From positions 1 through 64,000 of the IMG/VR virus record IMGVR_UViG_3300049734_000086: a stretch of DNA of 64,000 bases. One strand, given 5' to 3'. The translations under genes were made by a program, and so were the position numbers. The notes under the pieces were generated by a model. The model was not told the DNA's origin, ran no database searches, and was given only the letters and a program-made list of their open reading frames with translations. Positions 37,146-46,317 of the stretch are shown here, one piece after another. Numbering within the stretch: position 1 is the first letter of the stretch; every line of letters starts with the position of its first letter. Source of the stretch: a virus.

Positions 37146-38759
37146 TCAGTACTCCCCGCCGGACCAGAAATTCGTCTCCGTGAACTCCTGCTGCAGGAAC
37201 AGCCGCTTGTCCGCCTGCGTGGTCCCGTCGACTTGGTCGTCATTGGCGGAGTTGGGGAACATGGTGTGCTCGTTGAGGAAGGACCCCACGGCCAGGAACC
37301 CCCCGGGCTGGTACGGCGGGGGGTTGTCGTTGTGGGCGTTGCCGGTACGGGCCACCCATTCGTACCCCGGGAGGGCGGGGTAGGGGATGACGTAGTTCCC
37401 CGCCTGCAGTCGTGGACTCATGGCGTGGGCCCTGGCCTCCTTACTCGTGTCGACCTCGATGCTCAGGATCCCCGGGACCTCGTCTTGGAGGGTCCGAATG
37501 ATGGCCGTGCCGTTGGCCTTGTCCTCGACCAGGATCGCGTTGGGGATCTGGCGGTGACAGAGTCGGAGGGCGCGGACCTGGGTCTGTGACTCGATGAAGT
37601 CGAAGTGGCCGCGCTTCTGGTTGATGAGGAACGCCAGCGCCCCGGTACGGCCCCAGGCTTGGCCTACGACATACGAGTGCTCCTCACGGTCCTTGAAGGC
37701 CATGTCCCACGAGTCGATACGTTCCTCGAAGCGTGGGGGGAGGGGCAGGATCGGACGGCCATTCTCATCGGGGGTACCGCAGAGTTCGTGTCCGGCCGGG
37801 GCCCAGTACCGCCACCACGACCGCTTCAGAATCCCACCCTCGGCTGGTGTGGGGTCTTGTTGGAATTGGGCGGCGTAGGCGTTCCCGAGGTCGATCTTGA
37901 GGCGGTCGATCACGGGCTGGGGGAAGCGTTCGGGGAAGAGGAGTTCCCCGGGCTCGGTGCGCGGGTCGGTGAAGAACGGGCGGCCGTCGTTGAGGTGGGT
38001 GAAGCAGCGGCGCTTGGGGTCGAACTCGGCCTGGAGATTGAGGTGGACGTACCCCGCCTTGTTGTTGAGCACGTGGCCTGAGAGGTCAGACTCGTGCCCC
38101 CTCTGCATGATGATCACCTTGGCGACCTTGCGCTGGTCGTTGATTCTGGTGGCCATGACCTCGTCCCACCACTGCACCACCGCCGCGCGCATGTTCTCGG
38201 AGTGGATCTCCTTCATGTTGTGCGGGTCGTCCGCCACCAGCCGGTCGCCGCCCTCTCCCGTGTTGGAGCCCGAGACTGACGTACTGAGGTGGTACCCCAT
38301 CTTGTCGTTCTGGTACTTGATCTGACCATCCGGGGTGAACTTCTGCTTCCCCAGTTGGAACACGTGCGACCACCCGGACTTGTACCAGGGCGTGTCCATG
38401 ATCAGGCGGCGGCGCTGGGAGTCCCGTTGGCTGAGAGTCTGGGCGTACGAGCTGAAGATCCAGCGCGTGTGGGGCAGTCCGCCCGGTCCCCACTCCCAGG
38501 TGGGCCACATGATGGCCACCAGGGTCGATTTGGCGTGGCGGGGCGGGATGTTGATGAGGAGCAGGTTGATGTCCCCGAACGTCACCGCCTCCAAATGGTC
38601 ACAGATGGCGTCGTGGAACCACGTCCAGGCCAGGGGGGTCCTGGGCTCGACGATGGGCCACGCCAGCTTGGTGTATTCACGGAGGCCGCCCCGGGTCTCG
38701 GACAGGCGGTACCCCAGCTCGTTGCGGACATCCTCGTAGGTCAGGGCGGTGAGAGGCAT
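37146..38759 (-). CDS. terL: terminase large subunit
   Basis: INIPPRHAKST (Walker A), VADDPHN (Walker B), IIMQR, AQFQQDP, SWDMAFK, VEDKANG, DDQVD. Confidence 0.95.
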   Translation of the reverse strand: MPLTALTYEDVRNELGYRLSETRGGLREYTKLAWPIVEPRTPLAWTWFHDAICDHLEAVTFGDINLLLINIPPRHAKSTLVAIMWPTWEWGPGGLPHTRWIFSSYAQTLSQRDSQRRRLIMDTPWYKSGWSHVFQLGKQKFTPDGQIKYQNDKMGYHLSTSVSGSNTGEGGDRLVADDPHNMKEIHSENMRAAVVQWWDEVMATRINDQRKVAKVIIMQRGHESDLSGHVLNNKAGYVHLNLQAEFDPKRRCFTHLNDGRPFFTDPRTEPGELLFPERFPQPVIDRLKIDLGNAYAAQFQQDPTPAEGGILKRSWWRYWAPAGHELCGTPDENGRPILPLPPRFEERIDSWDMAFKDREEHSYVVGQAWGRTGALAFLINQKRGHFDFIESQTQVRALRLCHRQIPNAILVEDKANGTAIIRTLQDEVPGILSIEVDTSKEARAHAMSPRLQAGNYVIPYPALPGYEWVARTGNAHNDNPPPYQPGGFLAVGSFLNEHTMFPNSANDDQVDGTTQADKRLFLQQEFTETNFWSGGEY

Positions 38760-39052
38760 CAGTTGACCGTGTCCGTGTGGCCAGTGTCCGCCTTGGCCTT
38801 GACGGTCCTGGCCTTCGCCGTCTGGTAGTAACCACGGCACGCCTCGACGAGGACGAGCCCGGTGGTCTGCACGTTCCGATCGTTGAGTACCCACTGGTAC
38901 CGCAGGCAGATCTCCAGTCGAACGACCAGCCCGTGGACCATGGCGAGCAACTGGTCCCGTTCACTGCCTCCTATCGCCTCTGCGGATTCGATCAGCGCGT
39001 CCACGACTTCGGTCTGCAGGCTCTCTAGGCTGGGTGTGTCGTCTTGGTTCAT
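38759..39052 (-). CDS. hypothetical protein
   Basis: Between terS and terL; GAGGAG RBS. Confidence 0.6.
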   Translation of the reverse strand: MNQDDTPSLESLQTEVVDALIESAEAIGGSERDQLLAMVHGLVVRLEICLRYQWVLNDRNVQTTGLVLVEACRGYYQTAKARTVKAKADTGHTDTVN

Positions 39053-39056
39053 GGTG

Positions 39057-39959
39057 TCAGGGCTCCTCACTCGGCGTGGGCGGGGTTTCCTCGGTGAACT
39101 GGTCGAACGGGGCTGCGATGTCCGCCCGCAACACCTCATCGACCCTGCGCGCCTCCCCTTCGATCACCAGCGGGGTGCTGGTACTCAGTGTCGCTTGGGG
39201 GATCGGTCTGGACTCCTGCAGCCGTCTGGCCAGGGAGACCAGATCGTCCATCGTCGCCTCCGCTAACGGCCGCCGGATGTTGAGGTCCACTTCGACTGGT
39301 GCGTCGAGTCCGAGCATCTTGGCCCTCCGGCTCATGATGTTCAGGGCCTGGGCGATGGAGTACGTCTCTCCCCGTTCGATGGCGGGCCACAGGTAGGTCA
39401 TCATCTTGTCGAGCCGCGTCAGGTCCAGGGCCCGGATGTCCTCGGCCAGGATGCGCTCGTACTTCCGCAAGTACGCCAACGCCTCCTGCACGTCCTGGTG
39501 CGCCGTCTTGACACTGACCCCCAGGGCCACACCGATCTCGCGGTAGTCGTACCCTGCCGCCCGGTAGTTGAGGGCCTCGACCCGGCGCTGCTCCTTGGTC
39601 AGCCGCTGGGGCTTGGCGTCGTCATGCGGGATCTTGTCGGGTTCGAGCGGCACGGCCTCTTCGACTTCCGGGAGTGGCTTGCCGAGGTCGATGCGCGGGA
39701 GCTTACCGACGAGACTGGCCTTCCCGGCCTCAGTCTGACCTTGGGGGCCGGGGCCATCAGATGGGGAAGTGTCAATGCCGTTACTCGGGGCGGGCCCTGT
39801 GGGCTCACCCGTCACACCCCCATCGTCACCGTGCGGGGGCTCGGGGTTGGTCAGGTGGTCCAGGCCGCCCTTGAACTCGCCGGGGATCTTCTTACGAGTC
39901 TTGCCTTTACGAGCGTTGGCGGCGTTGCGGCGGTGGGTGGTGGTACGGTGGCCGGGCAC
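39057..39959 (-). CDS. terS: terminase small subunit (HTH)
   Basis: ALNYRAAGYDYREIG..LGVS..TA HTH; RRAKMLGLDAP. Confidence 0.8.
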   Translation of the reverse strand: MPGHRTTTHRRNAANARKGKTRKKIPGEFKGGLDHLTNPEPPHGDDGGVTGEPTGPAPSNGIDTSPSDGPGPQGQTEAGKASLVGKLPRIDLGKPLPEVEEAVPLEPDKIPHDDAKPQRLTKEQRRVEALNYRAAGYDYREIGVALGVSVKTAHQDVQEALAYLRKYERILAEDIRALDLTRLDKMMTYLWPAIERGETYSIAQALNIMSRRAKMLGLDAPVEVDLNIRRPLAEATMDDLVSLARRLQESRPIPQATLSTSTPLVIEGEARRVDEVLRADIAAPFDQFTEETPPTPSEEP

Positions 39960-40169
39960 GGGGAATTAGGCTCCAGAATCAGGGGTCATCGACGGGTCTG
40001 GGCAGGCAGGGTAACAGGAATTCGGTGTTACCGGGTAGCCCTGGGCTGCCAGCGGGGTACTGCGGCGGGGTCTGGCAAGGGTACTGCGGGCCGGGCCAGG
40101 GAGGTCAGTTACTGGGCTCTGGGGCTTATGGCTGAGCTAGGTCCTGGCAGCCTGGAAAGTGTCTCAAAA

Positions 40170-40270
40170 TAGGACAGTCTGGCCTAGGTGGTTGGGTGTA
40201 TAATGTGGGCTTGTCTGGTCAGTCTGAGCCTTGATTGCAGCTACTGACCACGACGTGACAACTGAATCTG
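40170..40270 (+). promoter_or_regulatory. early promoter region
   Basis: TATAAT at 40199-40204 in a CG-free patch; CAGTCTGGCCTAG and ACAACTGAAT shared with the 56.9-57.0 kb region. Confidence 0.55.
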
Positions 40271-41240
40271 AGCATGCCCTGGATGACCCCGCCACAACGG
40301 AGGGCCAGGGACAGGCCGCCAAGTAGACATGGCGATGACCCAGCCGCTCACCCCAACGACCCGAGACCGCGATTCGGAACGGCCGCTGACGAATGGCTTC
40401 TGTGACTGAGACACGGGAGCCGTGAGGAGTACTGGTGCCTTGTGAGAAGCAAGGCCGACCGCCTGAGAGCGTGTGCCGCAAGCGCCCCGAGACCGAGCCA
40501 CCGGAACGGGTGCGGCACTCATCCTCCCAGGCGTGGAGCCGTCGAGTGGGGCCGACCGACACATGAGGACCAGCGTGGAGCACCCGCTCTGGAGCTACGA
40601 GACCAGGGTTGCGACGGGGATGAGCCGACCACGCCATGTGGACTAGAGTGACAGTGATGGCGCGGCAGCACGGAAGCAAGCAAGGACGTGCGCGCAGTGC
40701 TCGCGGGTGACTGGCAAGCCGAGAGACCGGGTGACCGGGGAGCTTGGATCGGTGGGACGAGAGGACAAGGCCCTCGTACTTCCCGCAACGCCAGAGCACG
40801 GAGGCGGGTGTGCCGGTTCGATCCCGGCCCCTTCATCCACCAGTCGGTATCAAGGCCGACCCGCGCCATCGCCAGCTCCTAGAAACCAACCACCAAACAC
40901 GCACGGCCGATGGAGGAGAGTAGGGCCATCATTCACCCGTGCCGCGACGACGAGCCGCGCCCTGAGACCGAGCCGCCGGAACGGGCACCACGGCCACGTC
41001 ATGCGACCAAGCAGCCAATCGAAGTGTGAAGCAAGCCGCCATGAGGCGTCCGAGCCAGTGTGACTGGGCGTGGGTGGGGGGTCTCCCGAATGGACGGGAT
41101 TGAAGAGGGAGCCATTCAACAAGAACTGGCGGGAACGGGGAGACCGGCAACGGTCGATGAACCGCCGCGAGTGCCGCCCCTGACTGTGAGTCGCGGTACG
41201 CCGAGGGTGAAGCAGGATAGCCCTCGACATGGAAGTGAGG
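40210..41240 (+). ncRNA. putative large structured non-coding RNA / leader
   Basis: ~1 kb without credible ORF; many short hairpins with GNRA loops; a thrice-repeated motif; T-arm plus CCA. Confidence 0.5.
40746..40842 (+). ncRNA. tRNA-like element (non-canonical)
   Basis: GCCGG-TTCGATC-CCGGC T-arm then CCCTTCATCC-A-CCA; no recognisable anticodon arm. Confidence 0.45.
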
Positions 41241-41253
41241 AGGGAGCCGAGCA

Positions 41254-41433
41254 ATGGCCGACAAGATGACGAAGTTCGAGGCCCAGGTCACGGTCGTGAT
41301 CTTCGCCGACTCGCAGGGCGATGCGGTGATGGAGATCGAGCGGAGGCTGACAGGCGACAAGCCGCCGGGCCGGGACCAGTACGCCCTGATCGTGCAGGAC
41401 ACGCACTGCAGGCGGGTGAGGGAGACACGGTAA
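41254..41433 (+). CDS. small protein (59 aa), not in ORF track
   Basis: MADKMTKFEAQVTVVIFADSQGDA..; TAATG coupling. Confidence 0.65.
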   Translation: MADKMTKFEAQVTVVIFADSQGDAVMEIERRLTGDKPPGRDQYALIVQDTHCRRVRETR

Positions 41434-42101
41434 TGATCATCAAACGACAACTCTTGAACGCCGCCAAGCAGGCGGTGACGGGCGAGGACACACGGTACTA
41501 CCTGAGCGCCGTGCAGGTGCAGCCGGATGGGGCGCTGGAGTCGACCAACGGGCATCTGGCGCTCATTCTCACAGACACCAGTGCTGGGTACCAAGACCCC
41601 GACTTCCCCAAGGTGGAGGGCGCAGGGAAGGCCACCAAGATCACCAAGCCGGTACTGGTACCGGCGGACATGATCGAGCGGCTGGTCAAGGGGACGGCGC
41701 GGAAGGCGACGATCCCGATCCTGCAGACGGTCCAGGTCACCCGGGACGAGGCCAAGAAGGCCACCGTGCTGGTGTCCACGGACCTCAGTGTCCCGACGGT
41801 GGTGACGCTGAAGGACGAGACGGTGGAGGGCCTTGGGACGTTCCCGACGCTGGAGAAGGTCAAGCCGAAGTGGGACAAGAAGACCAAGACCTTGAAGGTC
41901 AGACTCAGCGCCGAGGTGCTGACGGTGTTGATCAAGGCGGTGATGGCCCTGCGGTCGGAGGGGAAGGCGACCCGGAATACGAGCTTGGACTTCGAGTTCC
42001 GGGTACCGGAGGGCGAGAAGCCGGTCGAGGACCAGTTCTGGGTGCGGTCGGAGTACGACGGACTGAAGATGGAAGCCATCGTCATGCCCATGCGGGTGTG
42101 A
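41433..42101 (+). CDS. sliding clamp (DNA Pol III beta)-like protein, short
   Basis: EDTRYYLSAV..STNGH, GTFP, terminal IVMPMR. Confidence 0.7.
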   Translation: MIIKRQLLNAAKQAVTGEDTRYYLSAVQVQPDGALESTNGHLALILTDTSAGYQDPDFPKVEGAGKATKITKPVLVPADMIERLVKGTARKATIPILQTVQVTRDEAKKATVLVSTDLSVPTVVTLKDETVEGLGTFPTLEKVKPKWDKKTKTLKVRLSAEVLTVLIKAVMALRSEGKATRNTSLDFEFRVPEGEKPVEDQFWVRSEYDGLKMEAIVMPMRV

Positions 42102-42112
42102 GGGGGGACGTG

Positions 42113-42346
42113 ATGGCCGACGGGATCTTCAAATCGGAGGACATCGAGCTGGTCGTCCGGGTGCTCAATGACCCGGAGTGCCCTGCACACATTCGGAGCA
42201 TCACCACCGAGCATGACCATCAGCAGGCGGTGCTCGACCATGCCCGCCGCCTCCTGAATCAGGCGGGGGACAGGCAGCGTGAGATAGAGGGTCGGCTGCT
42301 CAAGGCGTGCCAGGAGTACGTACGGGAGAAGGAGAAGGGAGACTGA
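42113..42346 (+). CDS. hypothetical protein
   Basis: ATG in dense operon. Confidence 0.55.
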   Translation: MADGIFKSEDIELVVRVLNDPECPAHIRSITTEHDHQQAVLDHARRLLNQAGDRQREIEGRLLKACQEYVREKEKGD

Positions 42347-42348
42347 TC

Positions 42349-42900
42349 ATGCTGACTGACTACGAACGAGAGAACATCACGGCGCTCATCACGGTGATCG
42401 AGCGCGAGGACGAGGTCCAGTGCTACATGGGCGACTGGCTCAGGGTCGACGGGCTCATGGAGCAGTTGAAGCCCGTGAGCGAGCGGGGGCGGCCCGGGTG
42501 CGGCACCGTGGGGTGTCTGGCCGGGACTGCCGTGGTGAACCTGCTGCCCTCGCTGCTCATGCCCGGCACGGGGCTCAACACCGGGGCGAGGCGGTCGTAC
42601 GAGCACGTTCTGGTGCCCTACGAGTGGGCCCTGAGCAACAACGTCGAGATACGCGAGGTAGTCGACGGCGTGGAGTTCGAGCTGACGCCAGGGACCATGA
42701 CCAAGACGACAGCGGCCAGGGTCCCGATCTCTCATGCGGCCCAGGTCCTGCTGGGGGAGACGGTGGCGCGGGCCTTCTACCTGACCGACGCGCCCCATGA
42801 CGAGCAGATGAGCGACAAGGAGTGGATGCTGATGGTCCTGCGTCTGGCCTTGAGGGGCCGGTTGGACGAGTACATCGACGACCGCATCTACGAGAACTAG
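42349..42900 (+). CDS. hypothetical phage protein
   Basis: CGTVGCLAG motif; GGAGA RBS. Confidence 0.65.
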   Translation: MLTDYERENITALITVIEREDEVQCYMGDWLRVDGLMEQLKPVSERGRPGCGTVGCLAGTAVVNLLPSLLMPGTGLNTGARRSYEHVLVPYEWALSNNVEIREVVDGVEFELTPGTMTKTTAARVPISHAAQVLLGETVARAFYLTDAPHDEQMSDKEWMLMVLRLALRGRLDEYIDDRIYEN

Positions 42901-42913
42901 AGGGGAGGACACT

Positions 42914-43150
42914 ATGCGCTACCAGACACACGGACGCAGTGGGGTACGGAGACTCCAGGGCTGGGCCTGCACGACCAGACTGGTGATTGACGGCTGGTCG
43001 AGTACCGGCTGGACAGGGGACGGGGAGGTTGCGTACGTACACGTGGCCGGGTTCACCGCCCAGCCCATCATGGGGGGCCTGTTGCTGTCGGTGTTCGACG
43101 AGCACCGGCAGTTCCTCGGGACGGTGGGGAACGTGCGGGAGCTGCCATGA
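42914..43150 (+). CDS. hypothetical protein
   Basis: GGAGG RBS. Confidence 0.65.
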   Translation: MRYQTHGRSGVRRLQGWACTTRLVIDGWSSTGWTGDGEVAYVHVAGFTAQPIMGGLLLSVFDEHRQFLGTVGNVRELP

Positions 43151-43368
43151 TCCGGGCGCTTCTGAGCCTGGGTGGCCGGTTGCGGTGGCACCCGAGACGG
43201 CCGCACCAGTGGAGCCGGTGGGCCATCGGGGAACGGACGCTGTTCGGGCCGTATGGGACGACCAAGGACCCGATCAATGTGCGGAGGTGCGAGCGGTGCG
43301 GCATGAGCCAGCATGCCCGGATTGATGAGAAGGTGCCGCAGTCGTGCGGCGGGGAGGAGCTGCCATGA
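43147..43368 (+). CDS. hypothetical protein (CxxC)
   Basis: ATGA-coupled. Confidence 0.6.
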   Translation: MIRALLSLGGRLRWHPRRPHQWSRWAIGERTLFGPYGTTKDPINVRRCERCGMSQHARIDEKVPQSCGGEELP

Positions 43369-43562
43369 AGGCCACGACCCCAGCGGGGCTGGTGAAAGGC
43401 GCGGGGATTCCCCAGGGCCCGCGCGTGAACACGTTCGTCGAGTGCGGCTGCTGTGGGCAGTACCACCGCACCGACTTCCGGGGCGACTGCCGGGAGGACA
43501 GCGAGCGGTACCCCGACCTGCCTGTGGGGGCCGAGTTGGTGGAGGAGGAGGAGTTGCCATGA
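43365..43562 (+). CDS. small Cys/His protein
   Basis: ECGCCGQYH..GDCRED. Confidence 0.65.
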   Translation: MKATTPAGLVKGAGIPQGPRVNTFVECGCCGQYHRTDFRGDCREDSERYPDLPVGAELVEEEELP

Positions 43563-43987
43563 CCAAGGACCAGCAGGCCAGACCGGCCAGACCGGCCACG
43601 GTGTTCGTCGAGTTCACCGTCCAGATCAGACTGGAGACGCTGCAGGACCTGCTCAGTACCGCCGTGGAGCAGGGGTGCCCGTACTGGGCCGAGTTCGACG
43701 AGGTGCAGACCAACCGTGACACCAACGCACCGGTCCAGAGCTGTGGGTGGTACTACACATCGGTACGTGTGGCCGAGCGCGAGCCCAGTAAGGGGGCGGC
43801 GCGGAAGCGGTTCGTGGTGACCCCGCGCCGGATGGTGGAGGGGCTGGAGAAGCTGGCCCGGGCCGACCACGAGAAGTTCCCGGCGGCCGGGAAGCACCTC
43901 GCCGACGCCTTGACCGGGGACTGGGACGCCGTGACGGCCGACGTGGTCCTGCAGATGGCGACGTTCGGGGAGCTGGTGTACGGCTGA
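43559..43987 (+). CDS. hypothetical phage protein
   Basis: C-terminal DAVTADVVLQMATFGELVYG. Confidence 0.7.
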   Translation: MTKDQQARPARPATVFVEFTVQIRLETLQDLLSTAVEQGCPYWAEFDEVQTNRDTNAPVQSCGWYYTSVRVAEREPSKGAARKRFVVTPRRMVEGLEKLARADHEKFPAAGKHLADALTGDWDAVTADVVLQMATFGELVYG

Positions 43988-44000
43988 TGGAGGCGATGTC

Positions 44001-44288
44001 ATGACAGTCAAGGAGTTCATTCGCGTGCTCAGGAAATTCCCGCCTGACGCCCTAGTGGTGACCACACGCCACAGCGATTCGGTGGAGGCTGCCGCGCCGA
44101 TCGCGGAGAAGGGGATCAAGCGGCAGGCCGGGGCGTACGTCGAGGTGCTGACCACCCGCCGCTACGGTCTCCTGCATAAGACCCCGGCGCAATACAAGGC
44201 GGACTGGGAGGCGTACGAGGCCTCGATGTCGGCCCAGGATCGGGCGTTGCTGGTGGATGTGGCCTACATCGAGGGGGAGGACGGCTGA
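44001..44288 (+). CDS. hypothetical protein
   Basis: MTVKEFI..L.KFP.D; GGAGG RBS. Confidence 0.7.
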   Translation: MTVKEFIRVLRKFPPDALVVTTRHSDSVEAAAPIAEKGIKRQAGAYVEVLTTRRYGLLHKTPAQYKADWEAYEASMSAQDRALLVDVAYIEGEDG

Positions 44289-44494
44289 TGGACCCCGACG
44301 CCAATCTCAAGGAGCAGCGGGAGCTGGTACGGGACATCCGGCGCTACATCGAGAACGAGGGCCGCGCGCCGACCGACGACACCGACCGGCTGGTCGATCT
44401 CGTCGAGGCCCTGGACGAGTGGATCGTGAAAGGAGGATTCCTGCCGCGTGACTGGCGTCAATGGGAACGCCGCCGCGACCTGACCAAAGACTGA
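44288..44494 (+). CDS. hypothetical phage protein
   Basis: MDPDANL..ALDEWI.KGGFLP..W. Confidence 0.7.
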   Translation: MDPDANLKEQRELVRDIRRYIENEGRAPTDDTDRLVDLVEALDEWIVKGGFLPRDWRQWERRRDLTKD

Positions 44495-44562
44495 CCACGG
44501 AGACCGTAGACTGTAGAGTACGACGCACGGAACATTACCTCGTGACACGAATGGAGAGACCG

Positions 44563-45009
44563 ATGACCAAGCACACTACGTCGAGACGGATGACGAAGCG
44601 ACCCAATCAGAAGGCCCAGCCACGGGCGGTGAAGGGGGATCTGGTCAAGACGCCCAGTACCCCGAGCCGGTTGCTGGCGACCAAGGCGCAGCTCCAGGCC
44701 CAGGCCGAACAGGGCGCTGCGGTGGCGGGGACCGGCAAGACCACGACCATCACCACCAAACCCACGCACAAGCCCACAGCCTCGGCGGTCAGTCTGGTGG
44801 CGCAGTTCATCACCGACCGCATCGAGGGCGAGCTGCTGCTCCGCGACCCGCTGGTGTTCGTCAAGGACGCCATCGTGCATCAGGGGCAGATCACGTTCGT
44901 CAAGTACGTCCTCCGGCGCGAGGGGGTGAATACCCCGTACGGGTTCATCTACCTCACCGAGCGGCAGGCCGAGGGCGTGGGGACGATGGTGGCACTGGGG
45001 GTGCGGTGA
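44563..45009 (+). CDS. hypothetical protein, basic N-terminus
   Basis: GGAGA RBS. Confidence 0.65.
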   Translation: MTKHTTSRRMTKRPNQKAQPRAVKGDLVKTPSTPSRLLATKAQLQAQAEQGAAVAGTGKTTTITTKPTHKPTASAVSLVAQFITDRIEGELLLRDPLVFVKDAIVHQGQITFVKYVLRREGVNTPYGFIYLTERQAEGVGTMVALGVR

Positions 45010-45263
45010 TGGCGCTGACCCACCAAGACCGCGCCGCGATCACCTTCGATGCGCTGCTCTCATTCATTGCCCAAGCCGAACTCGGCAACGCTCGGCACGA
45101 CACCCATCGGCTCGGGGTGCTGCTGGAGGAGGCGGTGGCTGTGGCACAGCGAGAGGCCAAAGGGCCGTCAGGGCCGGTGGATAGACAGTACCAAATGCTC
45201 CTAACGACGGCATTGCGGTTCGTCCGGGAGCTGGAGAAGGAAGAACGAGAGGGGGTGCGGTGA
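45009..45263 (+). CDS. hypothetical protein
   Basis: TGATG coupling. Confidence 0.6.
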   Translation: MALTHQDRAAITFDALLSFIAQAELGNARHDTHRLGVLLEEAVAVAQREAKGPSGPVDRQYQMLLTTALRFVRELEKEEREGVR

Positions 45264-45469
45264 TGACTTCCACTGAGTACGAGCTGTACACCGAGCAGTC
45301 GCTCCAGGCCGCGACACGGATCGCTGCCAAGTACGGCGGCGCGTCGGTGATGCACAATGCCCCGCTCATTGTGGCCTTGGTGGCTGGAATGACCGCCGGG
45401 TTCATGGCGGTGGGGATGCGAGTGGCCGAGGCCATTGAGGCCCATGCGAAAGCGACGAGGGAGAAGTGA
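45263..45469 (+). CDS. hypothetical protein
   Basis: TGATG coupling. Confidence 0.6.
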   Translation: MTSTEYELYTEQSLQAATRIAAKYGGASVMHNAPLIVALVAGMTAGFMAVGMRVAEAIEAHAKATREK

Positions 45470-45669
45470 TGCTACCACCCAGACAGATTGGTCAGACCTA
45501 CGAGGACCGGGCCTTCAAGGCCCTGCAGCGGGCCGAGTCGAACAAGCTCGAAGTCGAGGGCAACGCGATTGAGGTGGCGTACTACCTCACTGAGGCGCTG
45601 GTGTTCGCCATCCTGGCCGCCAGCCGGGACGTGTGTGATGCGATTCGGGATCACCAGGAGGGGAAGTGA
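45469..45669 (+). CDS. hypothetical protein
   Basis: TGATG coupling. Confidence 0.6.
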   Translation: MLPPRQIGQTYEDRAFKALQRAESNKLEVEGNAIEVAYYLTEALVFAILAASRDVCDAIRDHQEGK

Positions 45670-46085
45670 CCATGGGGACCAAAGACTCAATACGTATCTC
45701 CGAGCGCCACGGCATCAACCCGAGCCTGATGCAGTGCTTCGTGTGCATGCAGCCCATGGGCGTGGTCCTGTTCGGTCGACTCAAGGACGACGCCGAAGCT
45801 CCCAGGGGGGTGTGTCTGAACCAGGAGCCGTGCGACAAGTGCAAGGCGTTGATGGCGAAGGGCGTGATCCTGATCTCGGTCAGGGAGACCACCGACCCCG
45901 AGGAGCAGAAGAACCCGTACCGGACGGGGGGCTGGGTGGTGGTGAAGGAGGAGGCCGTGGAGCGGATCTTCGACCCTGCCAGTGCCAAGGCGGTCCTGAA
46001 GCGCCGGATGGCGTTTGTGACCGACGAGACCTGGGACCAGTTGGGGATCCCCCGTGGGGCGGTGGAGGGGGTGCCTAGTGAATAG
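45666..46085 (+). CDS. zinc-binding hypothetical phage protein
   Basis: HGINP..CFVC..PCDKC..NPYRTG. Confidence 0.7.
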   Translation: MTMGTKDSIRISERHGINPSLMQCFVCMQPMGVVLFGRLKDDAEAPRGVCLNQEPCDKCKALMAKGVILISVRETTDPEEQKNPYRTGGWVVVKEEAVERIFDPASAKAVLKRRMAFVTDETWDQLGIPRGAVEGVPSE

Positions 46086-46317
46086 GACCAAGTTCTACCC
46101 GCTGCACAGCGACAGCCTCATATCCGTACTCGGCAAGCGGCCACAGCGCCACGGGATACTGACCGGGGAGTTCAGACCGCCGAAGGCGGGGGAGTGGTAC
46201 TTGAGCGGGGCCATCCCCGAGTGCTACCGCGCGCCCAATGACCTGACCACGGCCTACCAGATTGTACGGATCGCGGAGACCGAGACCGTGACGGAGATCA
46301 GGGAGAAACGGACATGA
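46078..46317 (+). CDS. hypothetical protein
   Basis: TGEFRPPKAGEWYLSGA. Confidence 0.6.
   Translation: MNRTKFYPLHSDSLISVLGKRPQRHGILTGEFRPPKAGEWYLSGAIPECYRAPNDLTTAYQIVRIAETETVTEIREKRT

Noticed and set aside
520-39960. Long plus-strand ORFs opposite structural genes (e.g. 520-2718, 5881-8547, 21782-23284)
   Set aside because: Antisense shadows caused by high GC3; no RBS or domain motifs
40616-40842. tmRNA or tRNA-Sec
   Set aside because: No G3:U70 acceptor pairing, no tag ORF and no UCA anticodon loop
40957-40988. Hammerhead ribozyme (CUGAGA...GAAC)
   Set aside because: Core lacks the CUGANGA/GAAA spacing and a third stem
40280-41245. CsrA/RsmA sponge based on ANGGA motifs
   Set aside because: About 10 motifs per kb is only mildly above chance, and most are not clearly in hairpin loops
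40164-41254. Minus-strand ORFs in the leader region
   Set aside because: No codon bias, RBS or motifs
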